Shown: one piece after another, positions 44,897 to 64,000 of the stretch
How the letters are laid out: the number at the start of each line of letters is the position of its first letter
Position numbering within the stretch: the stretch's first letter is position 1
Assembly: GCA_963693365.1 (NCBI GenBank)
Contig: CAVNZM010000001.1
Location: 8,138,907 to 8,202,906 of the forward strand
Length of the DNA: 64,000 nt
Source of the DNA: Amoebidium appalachense
Taxonomy: Eukaryota; Protista; Ichthyosporea
Direction: 5' to 3'
The notes under the pieces: model-generated
The model's input: the letters and a program-made list of their open reading frames with translations, nothing else
Database searches by the model: none
What the model was told of the DNA's origin: nothing
Program-made: the position numbers and the translations under genes

Positions 44897-45707
44897 ACAA
44901 ACGCACACACACACACACACACACACAGGCACGCACACACACACTCTTACACAATAACACAAATACACACACAAAAAGTAAAAAACAAATGAAGACAGGG
45001 AAAGGCCGAAAAAACAAAACAAAGGGAAGGAAAGGTAAGAAACAAAAGCAGAAGAAGCAGGAAAAAAAAAGGCAAGAATTCACTTAAAAAGAATTCAATA
45101 AAATTATAAAATCACACACCTCCTGCTCCATTTTTCTCTCGACAAGCCTCAGGTTCCCCAGGCACACGTCTGCCCCTCTGAGTATCTCCTGTAGGTGCAG
45201 CCATCCGGAAGAATGTGTGGCTATAGGCACACTGTGCTTGTTGTTTGGGGGAACGGGCACTGCGCCTGTGTGTGTGTGTGTGTGCGTGTGTGCGTGCGTG
45301 CGTGTATGTGTGTGCATGTGAGGGTGTGTGTGTGTGTGTGTACGTGTGTGTGTGTGTGTGCGTGTGTGAGTGTGTGTCTGTGCATGTGTGTGTGTGTGTG
45401 TGTGTGTGTACGTGTGGGTCGGTGTGTGCGTATGTGACTGTGCCTGTGCTTATGTGTGTATGGTGTTGGTGTTTTGCGTATGTGTGCGCGCCCCCGCACG
45501 CACGTACGGCTGTGCACCTACAGGCGCCTGCATGCCTGTGTGCGTGCGTCCCTGCCTGCCTGCCCGCCTGCATGCAAGAGTTGGTACGTGTTTTTGTGTG
45601 TGCACATAGTGCTTGCACGCATTTGTGTGCAAAGGTGCATGATGTGAGCATGCATGCGTGTTACTGCACCCACTCTTGCGGAACGGGCGGATAGCAGAGC
45701 ATATGGG

Positions 45708-45751
<44 letters not shown>

Positions 45752-46691
45752 TGTGTGTGTGCACGCGCACGCTACCATGGCGAGCGTGTGTGGAAGCCTT
45801 TGAACAGTTGAGGGATGGTGATCAATTCAGGTCATTTATTCACTTAAGAAACATAAGGATTACCAATGCACATACCCTGCGTGTTTTGTGTGCGTGCCAT
45901 GCCACCGTCACTTTGTCTGCGTGTCTCCGCTGAGTCCCTCCGCCCTCCTTTGCTGTCCATGCGTGCATACGTGCCTGCCTTCTCACCCGGACACGCAGGC
46001 GGGTACGTGTGCGGCACAAGCACGTGTCTCCGCTCAGAAGACAAAACCATAAATTTGGCTTCTACGTGTAAATCTATATAGGTTAATAAATTTGGATGAC
46101 AGAAAAAATCTCAAATGTGGTTTAAAGGCGTATACTCCTAAGGTATAGCCTCAAGTATGCCTTTTAGTCTGAACTGAGTCGGGCGGGTTGAAACTTTGCA
46201 GCAAAGTCCAACCAGGGTACAGCTACAACTGCCGTTAACTATAGCAAGCTACTGGTCCTTGTGGCGCCCAAAAGCTTGTGCTGTATGCTCTTCTGGAGCC
46301 CGCGAACGATCAGTGAGAATGAGTCCACCAAACTCGGAATCTTCGTTATCCTTTGTCGGATAGCAAAGACTATTAGTTGGACAACTATGCAGCTGCGTGA
46401 GCAGTAAGTGTCCACCTCGCTTCAGCTTCTACCTATACTGGCCAAATAATTACTTATACCATATCACAGCTTTTAAACACGCTTAGTACTTCAAATTAGT
46501 AAACATGAGACGCTTAGTTACCGATTAGTAAACATGAGACACGGCGAAGTGTTTGTTGGGTGTTTCTGGGTGACGGTGTTACCAGTGCGTTGTGTTTTGT
46601 TTGAAGTCTGCGATGACGTAAGCGCGCAGATAACGCGGCTCACTCCAACCACCAATCGCTGCAAAGCGTGTGATTGCCTTCCGCATTCCAT
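39108..46691 (-). CDS. STX17: Syntaxin-17 (autophagosomal Qa-SNARE with hairpin double TM); first exon tentative
   Basis: Phase-consistent exons: 46691-46583 (tentative), 45220-45120, 43996-43947, 42709-42564, 41465-41239, 40821-40735, 40014-39930, 39253-39108(TAA). SNARE motif LRRLAGDVSELAQTFMQLKDYVM-EQGQHLETIEQNVEAAAANVEGGTQELNTAARY, then Gly-rich twin TM segments YPLMGALAGGILFGPVGMLAAAKVAG...GKAIQR, which are diagnostic of Stx17. Confidence 0.85.
44280..44620 (-). mobile_element. Decayed tandem of subfamily-B plus truncated subfamily-A copies of the ribozyme-like repeat (in STX17 intron, sense to STX17)
   Basis: The reverse complement reads gtcttgtagccgagacgggt...gggtttggcaaccacgcataagaagttaaagaatcggaa...gtggaggcataggaa (B), then tgaatgacgtgggg...tgtgtacttcgcactct..gcaatcca (A tail). 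Confidence 0.7.
44758..44895. repeat. (GCAC)n tetranucleotide repeat
   Basis: Direct observation. Confidence 0.95.
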
Positions 46692-46761
46692 TCTCAGCTG
46701 TTCAGAGGCTGTTCCCCCGGTGCCCGATCATGTTGGCCAGGGAGCTCCCTCAGGGCCCGCC

Positions 46762-46798
<37 letters not shown>

Positions 46799-47590
46799 CC
46801 CTCCCTCCCCCCCCCCCCCCCCCCCCCCCCCCCTCTCCCCCTCCCTTTCTCCTCCCCGCGTACGAAAAATTTCGTAGTTGGTGGGCATGACTGTGAAATT
46901 AGAATGGGTTTAGGTGGAAAGGTACATGGGTCACCGGCGGGGTTACAGTAGAGTTTCACAATGCACAACGCATAAAAACATGTACAAAACCGGTCGCATG
47001 CGGGTGAACCGTAGGCTACATGCAAAATGATGCCTCACCTGAAGTGTACCGTATACAGGCTGACTAGACGGGCTAAAAAAATTTCAAGACGACTGATGCA
47101 CAAATGGCTGTCAGCGTGCCAGTACGGTGGGACGGCCGGCTTCAAGGCATTCTTGAGGCGCATAAAATATTGGAGCACTTGGTAGGTTTGGACACTTTGA
47201 TGCCATCAGTAGGTTCCACGTGGTGTCGGTGGAATCTGTGGCATATGCCGAGGTGGTGGGAAAAGAGAGTAAAGGCACACGGACAGACAGACAGGCAGGC
47301 GGGCGGTTGGGTGAGTCGGGTGTGCGAGCAGGAGGGGAGGGACTCGGAGATCTCCGGATCCGGAGGGGGGAGGGGGGGGGGAGGGGGGGAGGGGGGGGGG
47401 GGGGGGGGTAATACATAGAGTGAGACCGAGAGAGACTCAAAGAGAGAAATGCGCGTGACGTGTGGCGTGTACGCTTTTTCTGTTAAAAGCCAGGTTGCTC
47501 TCAACATAGGATGCAATTAAAAAGTTTATGCACTGTGAACCATCTTTCTCTAACAAGACACGACTCAGACACACGACCTCCCATGGGCCG

Positions 47591-47598
47591 TGACGTCA
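47591..47598. promoter_or_regulatory. CRE/bZIP palindrome TGACGTCA in the divergent STX17-VTI1 intergenic region
   Basis: Perfect 8-mer about 375 bp upstream of the VTI1 ATG; CCAAT boxes nearby. Confidence 0.25.
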
Positions 47599-47971
47599 GC
47601 GTAGGACATATAGCTACCCAATGAAAAGCAAGGTGTATGAAATTATATCACCGGAAAATCCGATCTTTTACGTGTAAAAAGCCAAATATGTTGTCTGACT
47701 TTGAGCCAATATTATGTGGTTGCATCTGCTACGGTGACTGTGAGCTGTGAGTCATCACTTCAAAACTTTGTTTGAAGGCAGTCCAGCTGCACAAGCAGGC
47801 GAAAGAACGAAAAACTTTTTGGTGGTTAACGTTGCTCCTGTCGATTTCCTGCATACCCAACAGGTTATTGGTTCGACTATATTCACTAATCAGTTTGAAA
47901 GAACCAACACACGTTGCACGTTTTTCTGATCCATTCTTTTTGCCTTTTTTTTTACCGACGGAAACGTGAAA

Positions 47972-55462
<7,491 letters not shown>

Positions 55463-56139
55463 AAGCCTTTATTTATTTATTTAATATATTTATTTATTTA
55501 TATGTTTATTTATGTATGTTTGTTGAGCACGGAAATCTGCTGGCTGTGTCGCAGGAAGAGAGACAATACTCATTCTCGTGTTGCAGGTTGCATTAGACAA
55601 ATGGGCGTATGTTTGCTGGTGTGACTGTTCACAGAAACAATTATTCGCTGATGTTCGGCCGATTTGTTTTTGTATGATTTAGGGACATAAAACCAGCCTT
55701 GCAGGATACATAACACCATTACAGTACGCCAGGCGCTACTTAACAAAATAGGAATGACCGTATAAGGAACTAAAGGAATATTAGTGTATGGTATGAGTTA
55801 AGAAATTCAATGTGTCTGTTTTGAGCTATCAGTAAACCGATACAGGTACACGCACACATGTCTTGGTTGTTGTTACACCAGGTGCACAAAGTCTGTAACC
55901 TTGTGCAAGACCTGCGGGAATAGCCAAAGGACCCCCTCCCCCTCTCCTCCCGCCCTCCTCCACCCCGCCCGGGTCCTCCCTTCTCAAAATATCCCCAGGA
56001 GGGGCTACTTGGTGCCCATGTGAGAGTGGGTTCTACTTGTAATGATTCTTTGTTTGACTGTGTGGGGTCCTTCGGATGCAAAAGCTTCTATGTTTAATCA
56101 GTTGTGAACGTGTAAACCCCCCCCCCCCCTCCCCTCGGG

Positions 56140-56400
56140 CCTATTGCTGTTGACACAAAGTATGGGTTGGGAACCACGCGCGAGAGGTTAAAAGAGTCGA
56201 AACCCATGCTTTTGTGGAGGCATAGGAACCCCCCTGATGATGGGCTCTGTTCAAGTGTCTTCTGCCTGCACGCTTAAATCGTTTGATTTTGGATTGCCAC
56301 TTTTGTGACGTTTTGTTGTTGCTCTTTGTTGCCTCCTCCACATTTCCGTCGAATAAATCCAGTCAAAAGAAAAACATTGCCAACCCTTTAACGCATACAT
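56140..56400 (+). mobile_element. 5'-truncated subfamily-B copy between C-tracts, downstream of VTI1
   Basis: cctattgctgttgacacaaagtatgggttggg...gagtcgaaacccatgc...cctgatgatgggctctgttcaag; tail ends gcatacat followed by a C-run. Confidence 0.85.
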
Positions 56401-56893
56401 CCCTCCCCCCCCCCCCCCCCCCCCCCCCCACACCTCCCCTCCCCCCGGCACGTCCACACACACCGGTCGCTGATCAATCGGTTTGCCTATGGGTCCCGTA
56501 TTGCCCTCGTGATAGTATGTATGTACGATGCCTTGATTATATGTGGCATAATGGGATCCGGGATCATAATGGTATCCATAATGGGACCACATCCCCAAGT
56601 GGACGATCGTCCTCTGCCAGACCATGGCCAGCAACCCGCAGGTATATGCGCACCAAAACCAATAAACAACGTTATCCCAGGCCCCCCAGTTTTGTGTAGT
56701 GCAGCTGCCATATGTGGGTTTCCGAGTTACACGGTATAGCTGGCCTGTGCCTATGGTTAAACTTTCCATTCTCTCCCCATCCCCTCCCCTCCTCCCCCCG
56801 CCGCCCTTCTCCCCCCCCCTCCCCCCCCCCCCCCCCCCTTTCCCCTTACTTTTTTCTTTTAGGGTCACAAGTTCTCCCCCCCCCCCCTCCCCC

Positions 56894-56948
<55 letters not shown>

Positions 56949-59178
56949 CCCCATCGCGATGCATCTCCCCACTCCCCCCGCCTTCCACCCCCCCCCCCCC
57001 CCCCCCCCCCACCCCCCCTCCCCCCTCCTTCCCCACCTCTCCTCAATCTTCCCTTTTACACAACTACGTGTACCTCCCAGCCCATCTCATACGATGTGCA
57101 TTCCCAAAGTTGCTTGAACCAACTCCTGCACACCCGCCGAGCCGACTCCACTCTGAGACTCTTCTGCACCTGCCCAATTTCAAAGCATGGAATTACATGT
57201 TAATCGTCATTGGCCCTGTAATCAGTTAGAGAGCTCCCAGCCAGCTCAAAAGAGCCCTTGCTATGCCCTCACTAGAAACAAATTTGTAACCCAGCCTGCA
57301 TCGGTAAGGGTGTGCGCGTGTATCCAAACTTCAGGCCGCCCTTTGAGCTCGAGGGGGAGAGTTGGACCACCTGTGCACGTGAACTGTGCATGCATGCGAC
57401 GACATGTCTACGGCTTTGTATTATTGTGTGCAGGGGGACGGCATTGGAGACTATAATCGCCGCCTTGCTTATGGAGTGGATCTCGAATCAGGGCAATACA
57501 TTTTTCTTCTTTTGGCTGTATTGCCGTGGCCAAGCACCGACCACACGCCATGCCTGTCCTTGAAAAGGTTTGTAGGAGATGCATGAGATGGTTCCCCTCG
57601 CAAAGAATGATTGCACCTTCAACATTCTAACGCCATGCCGTATTGTAGCTACCATTACCCATGTATATGCCGTTTTCTTTTTATGAAATTCAGGCTTGGT
57701 TTCTTGGAACGGCTTGGACAACACCGTGGCGCGCATGCGCAGGAGCCAGCCGCTGCCAGCGTCACGGGGTGGTGCGTGAAGTCGACATATGATTGGATGG
57801 CTCGAGGGGTAGCCTGATCTCCCAGAGCTGACGTTGCTTTTGGGCTTGTGGAACTTTTGGATGACTTGTAGTAATCTTTTTGTGACATGGAGTCTGATCA
57901 CCATGGAGATCTTGGAAAACATATGGGAATCAAATACTATAATCTAACCAAACCACTTGTTAGAGGTTGAAACTTTGTTTCGTTTTTATTTGTCTATGCT
58001 AAGGCGTAGTGCTATGCAATTAGCCGATTTTTGTCAATAACGGCATTGTAGGGTAGAATTTCTCGAACTGAAAATATTTATTTCTCGGCATCGCACCCCA
58101 TAGGTAGGTATTTGGGGGATTCCGGAGGCGTGTCTGATTGGCCATTAGAGCAGTGTGACTGATACTTTGTGAATGTGCGTAAACTTTAGAGGGCTCCTCT
58201 AACGGAGGCGGGGCTACCCACTTGTTACATCCAGGCTATTATTAAACGGTGTAATATATTACAACGCACCTCTATTAACCTCCTATAAACCCAAAATATT
58301 CATATCCTTGTGCATTCTGTCCATGCTTTTAGCTAACCAAGGCACACAGCAATCGCATGAAAAGTGCATGATCCCGCCTGGGTTAACTTAACAGGCAGGT
58401 AAGGTGTGCGCTAACGTCACTACTTGCGCAGAGACACGACTTGCTCACTGGTCAAACTGGCATCGAGGGAGCTCGAGAGTCAAAGGATAAGTGAGATTTC
58501 TTGTTGTTTTTGGCCAATATTTGATCGATGTTATGGTCATATGAATGAAGAAGCTGAGCTGACAAGCGATATTTATCTAAGAGGTTAAAACCGAGCGAAA
58601 TCTCTGCTTTATACAAGTTGGCCGTTCCGTTGCCTCATGTGCACGACCTTTGTTAGACCTAAAACAAGTGTGATCTGGAGCTCACAGCGAAGAGTTGTTT
58701 TTTTGACACAGACACACGTTAACTAGCCGATTACTGCTGCAACCTGTTTATTTATATATCAATTGCATTCTCGTTTGGACGAAATATAGTGGGCGTGTTG
58801 TTTCTTGGCTGCTTTGTTGAGCATCGGGTGGCCATACAAACAGTTACCCAAGGAGAGGCAGCAAGGCAGCAATCGGAAGATTGAAATAGGTGAGTGTGAG
58901 ATTCTTAAGGTTCGAGCGATGTGGTGTGGTTACAGTTGGACGGGTAGACCTTTGGGTTAGATCTGGTTAGGGTGTCTATTTCTGAAAGATAGCCGGTGGG
59001 GAGGCAAACGTGTGGATCTCTCTGCTGGAAGGAGTTTTGCAGTTTTGTGCTTCTTTCGCTGATTATGGTGTGGATAGGGGAGGGAGGGAGGGCGGGGATG
59101 TTGTTTAGTTTTGCTTCGGGCTTGTGTGTTTGGCTTGGCATTAATCTTGCTGGTTCACGCACACGAACAGGTACACCT

Positions 59179-59824
59179 ATGCGCATGAAGGGAAACGAAT
59201 CAAACATGGATAGGGGCCGGCCCAACCCGCTTGAGCGGCGCCTGTCGCTGACTCGCCGGCGCAGCAGTCTGCTCGTAGACAAAGACCCAGAGATAGAGGC
59301 GTTGAGGGTGGAAAGGCGCAAGGAGAGGCGCAAGATGACCATGTTCAGGCAGCCCCATGTTGTGTTGTATCACTTTGTGGCCGTGCTGCTGGATAATGCG
59401 CGGTGGTTGAGGTGCGGGAACGGGTGGGGAAGAAGGTGTCGGTGTGACGTGTGCGTAGGCCTGTGGGGGATTGGTGGTTTGGCGGGGAGGGGGGAGGGGG
59501 AGCTGGGGGGAGGGGGGGGGGGGGTGGATGGACGTGAGGTTGTGTTGTGTGAGCGGTTCAGGTGAGAATTCGTTGTTTTTTTTGGGGGGGGGGGGTTTGG
59601 GGGGTTGGAAGGCTGTGGGGGGCGGGGGGGGGGGGAGGGGGGAGGAGGAAGGTGAGGGGGGGAGAATGGGGGGAGAAAGCTAAGGGGAAGGGGTTGAGGT
59701 ATACTCTGCCTATAATTACTGTAGTGTGTCCCGTACCCCCCTCCTCCCTCCACCACTTTGTCCCCCTAACACCCATGCACTCCTGTATGTGCGTGAACAC
59801 ACCAGTACCCACACACGTGGGCAG

Positions 59825-59868
<44 letters not shown>

Positions 59869-60752
59869 CCATAACCACGACAGCTGCACATAAACTCGAG
59901 CCCCCGTTTCTCCCTGCTCCTCACCCTGGTCTATTACAAAAGGCCCCATTGCTAAACTCCCCCCTCCCCCCCCCCCATCCCCCCTCTCACCTCTCCCTAT
60001 TTCCCTGTTTCCTCTCCCCCCTCCCAACTCCCCCCTTCCCCCTCTCCCCACTCCCCCCTCCCCCTCTTCCTTACCCCCACCCCCACCTCCCCCCCCCCCC
60101 CCCCCCCCCCCTTTCCCTATTTCCCATCTCTCTCCCCTCTCCGCACAGTGTCTACCTTTTGACGCACCCGATTACGATATTCGGAGTGTTCCCTCTGGTT
60201 CTAGCGTGGTTTGGCCTAGGGAGGGTAGAGGGAGCGCACCACCACTATATGGAGGAGATTAGGACCACAGTCGAGTTTGTGGTGTGGTGGGTGGGCCTGG
60301 GCATATTGTCTTCCGTCGGGTTGGGCACGGGCATGCACTCGGGCCTGCTGTTCCTGTTTCCACATATATTCAAGGTGGGTGTGTGGGTGGGTGTGGGTGT
60401 GGATTAGTGGGTGCGTGGGTGTGTGGGTGTGTGAAGGTGTGTTTGAGAGAGGGGGAAGGGGGGGGAAGGGGGTAAGGGAGTGTTGGAGGGTGGGTGAGAG
60501 GGAAAGGGGAAGGGGGGTAGGTGGAGAAGGGCGGCAGGGTGTGAGGGTAGGGGAAGGGGGCATGAGGTGGTGTGGGGGTTGGGGTGGGGGTGTTCGAGGG
60601 GGGGGGGGGGGGGGGAGGGGAGGCGGAGGCGGAGGGGGAGGGGGGGGTCCTCGGTGTCTAAATGATCGATGTGTTTTCTTCCTCTCCTCTTGGTCTTTAT
60701 TTGGGTGGGTTAATTCTTTCTTCATGTGTGGTGCGGCTCTGTGCACACACAC

Positions 60753-60812
<60 letters not shown>

Positions 60813-60916
60813 GCATGTACATGCACGCACGCATAGTGCCATATACACACACACAGGTAAATGTACACACGTGCCCACAAACCCGCATACTCTTGCGTGC
60901 ACGCGCACACACAAAA

Positions 60917-60958
<42 letters not shown>

Positions 60959-61089
60959 ACCACCACCACCATCAGGCACACGAAAGCAACGATTATAAAC
61001 ACACACTTGCACGCACAGGCACCTCTCTTCGCATGCAAATGCCGTGGCACACACAGGCAATTGCATGCACACACCCACGCACGCGCGTG

Positions 61090-61126
<37 letters not shown>

Positions 61127-62084
61127 TTAATCTTTGATCAATTCTAAATGTGCATGTGCCTTCGTGCTTTCCTTCTTCCAGCCTCCGCTTTCCTCTTAAC
61201 CGAGACATCAACTTAGCCCCAACCCCAAACCCCCCCCAACCCGCCCCCCTCCCCCTTCCCCCAACTCCCCGGGCTCTTCCCCTGTCTCTCACGACCTGTG
61301 GAGATTTGGAATGCAGTCTCTTCTCCACCTATCAAACACAAACACACGGACACGGATTATGCTCCCTGTCGTTCCCCCCCTCCCACCCCGCCCCACCCAC
61401 CCACCCACCCACCTACCCACCCACCCGTTCGCGCCTTTCTTTCTCTTGCTCTCTTGCTCTTCCTCCCTTCGACTCTCCCTCCCCCCTCCCTCCCTCCCTC
61501 CTTCCTTCCCGCCCAAAAAAAAGAAACCAAAAAAAACACACACAAATCGACCTCATGCACATCTCTGTCCTTTTTTTTTTACATTTCTCTCTCTTGTGTG
61601 TGCTCTAACACACATTTCCCCCTCGCTGTTTTCTGTTTTTTCAGGTTGCTAGCGCCGCAGCAGAGTGCAAATCCACTCGGTTTGATACCCGACTCGACGT
61701 GTGGTTCGAACCCGACCCGTTTGAGTGCCCTGCCTCTGGCCCGGATAACACGAACCATTTTAGGCAGATATTCTTTAAGGTGTTTCCCGCATGCTTTCTG
61801 TGGGGTATGGGCACAGCTCTGGGGGAGATACCCCCGTATGCAGTCAGCAGGGCAGGTACGTGTGTGTGTGTGTGTGTGTTTTGGGGGGGGGGGGGGGGTT
61901 GTGTGTGTCGGTGGGGAGGTGTGTGTTTTTTTTTTTGTTTGTTTTTTTTGGGAGGGGGGGGGGGGGGGGGGTCGTCCGGGGGAAAAGGGAGAGGGGGGAG
62001 GTGCAGTTGGACGGAGCTAGGGAGGATGGATGGATGGGGTGTGTTTGGTGGTGGTGGCAGTGGGGGGTGGGTGGGTGGGTGGGT

Positions 62085-62119
<35 letters not shown>

Positions 62120-62262
62120 TTGTTGTTGTTGTTTGGGGGGGGGGGGGGGGGGGGGATTTGAGGATGCGTGTAGGGGTGGTGTACCTTTTTTTCTTTTTTT
62201 TTGCTTTTTCGGTTTTTTTTGTTTTTCTTTTTTTCTTTTTGTTTTCCTTTCCTTTTTTTTTT

Positions 62263-62313
<51 letters not shown>

Positions 62314-62454
62314 GGGGGTGGATGAGGGGAAGGGGGACGTGGGAAGGGCGGGTTGCATGCATGCACTCCGGGTGCTCCAGTGTGTGTGGGGGGAGGGGGG
62401 GGGGGGGGTTGAGGGAGGGGTGCGAACCCCCCCAATCCTGTGATCACACACGCG

Positions 62455-62494
<40 letters not shown>

Positions 62495-62525
62495 CATAGG
62501 CACGTGCACTCTGCTTGCAGGCACG

Positions 62526-62563
<38 letters not shown>

Positions 62564-62674
62564 AGAGAGAGGAGAGAGAGAGAGACAGAGAAACACAGGC
62601 ACATACGATCTCTCACTTTCATTTCTCGATTTTCCATCCTTGCTAATTTCCATATCTGCCCCCCTCTCTCCCCG

Positions 62675-62706
<32 letters not shown>

Positions 62707-63898
62707 TGCTCATGCTCTCTCTCCCTCCCCTGCTTTCTCCCTCCCACCCTTTTCCTCTCTCCGTCCACCCCCCTCCCAACATCCGCATCTTTCCCCTCTC
62801 ACCCCCCTCCCCTTCCCCTTCCTCCCCAAATCCCCCCTCCCCCTCCCCCCCCTCCCCCCCCCCCCTATAACCACCACCATCACCACCACCACACCCACAC
62901 CCACACATACACACCCATTCCCCCGCCACACACACACACACACTCTCTCTCTCTCTCTCTCTTTCTCTCCCTCTCTCCCTCCCCCCACCCCCTCCCTCTT
63001 CCCTCCTCCCTCCTCCTCCCTCTCCCCCTTTCCCCCCCCCTCTCCCCCCCTCCCCCCTCCCCCTCCCCCTCCTCCCCTCGGATAATGCAGCGCGGATAGC
63101 GGGGGAGGTAGACGAGGAGTACGAGGAGATGACACAGGCGGTGTCAAAGTGGAACATGGTGAACCGCATGAAGATCTGGATGATCCAGTTTCTGCAGAAC
63201 CACGGCTTTTGGGGTGTGCTGCTCATGAGCGCATGGCCTAATATGGCATTCGACCTGTGCGGTGCGTGTTTGTTTGATTACATGATTACAAACACACCCT
63301 GTTATGCACTTAATGTTGGTTTCTTGTTTATTGTTTCTATCGAGGTGGTACACAACCCAAGGGGGTGCATGCACACATTTGCTAGGAACACATACACCGG
63401 AGGAGAGTACACCGAAAGAGAATACATACACCGGAAGAGAAAAACACACACACCGGTGAGAGAATGTGTGCACACACTTGCAGAAAACGCACACACCTGC
63501 GTCGCCGTTACACCCAGCTTGACATTATGCATATTTGTTCTGCTCCATCTACTTGTGTGCGTGCGTGCGTGCGTGCGTACGCATGTGTGTGTGTTTGTGT
63601 GTGTGTGTGTGTGCGTGCGTGCGTGTGTGTGCGTGTGAACGTGTGTGTGTGTCTTGGACCTAGAGGGCAGGCAGAGGGGTGGGATTTTTTTTTAAATTCG
63701 TTTCTTTTTTTTTCTTTTCTCTGTTTCCTTATTTCTTTCTTTCTTCCGTTCTCCTTTCTTTCTTTCTTTTTTTTCGAGCGCTGATGTATGTTGTTTTGCT
63801 TTTAGGGATCTGCTGTGGGCACTTTCTGATGCCGTTTTGGACGTTCTTTGGGGCCACCCTGATCGGCAAGGCTGTGATCAAGGTCAACATGCAGGCAG
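59179..63898 (+). CDS. VMP1: Vacuole membrane protein 1 (TMEM49; DedA/VTT-family ER scramblase), 3' exons beyond window
   Basis: Exons 59179-59411, 60149-60374, 61645-61855, 63091-63261, 63806-63894/8; probable non-coding exon ending 58890. Motifs [47 protein letters not shown] and [31 protein letters not shown]. Confidence 0.94.
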
Positions 63899-64000
63899 GT
63901 AGGGCATATATATATGTGCACTAGCAGCGGTTTACGTGTGTGCATACACGTGCACACACGGAAAGCGCGTGCATAGGCACAGGTGCAGCCGTGTGCACGA

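Noticed and set aside
56460-57922. Complex-sequence stretches with 75-145-aa ORFs on both strands
   Set aside because: No recognisable motif or consistent splice model; possibly a decayed element or small gene, but unsupported without BLASTX.

Overview
Eukaryotic genomic DNA, probably from a unicellular opisthokont (inference from gene content). Its introns are packed with poly-C/poly-G runs and (CA)n/(GT)n/(CT)n microsatellites, so most ORF-track entries are repeat artefacts. Splicing by hand recovers six genes: a 20-exon anoctamin/TMEM16 (+, 5' end outside the window), an intronless C2H2 zinc-finger gene (-), a GATA factor with an atypical Cys3His finger (-), syntaxin-17 (-), VTI1 (+, head-to-head with STX17) and VMP1 (+, runs off the window). 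The most striking element is a dispersed repeat family of about 250 bp with roughly 10 copies in two subfamilies. It carries a covarying RNA structure that contains all three hammerhead core segments (GUH, GAAA, CUGANGA) in a non-circularly permuted, triple-pseudoknotted order, plus a kink-turn and a self-complementary loop. Most copies end in C-tracts, several are 5'-truncated or in partial tandems, and intronic copies lie sense to their host genes. One copy is preceded by a decayed ORF resembling a Penelope-like RT C-terminus. All structure calls were made by eye and need computational and biochemical confirmation.
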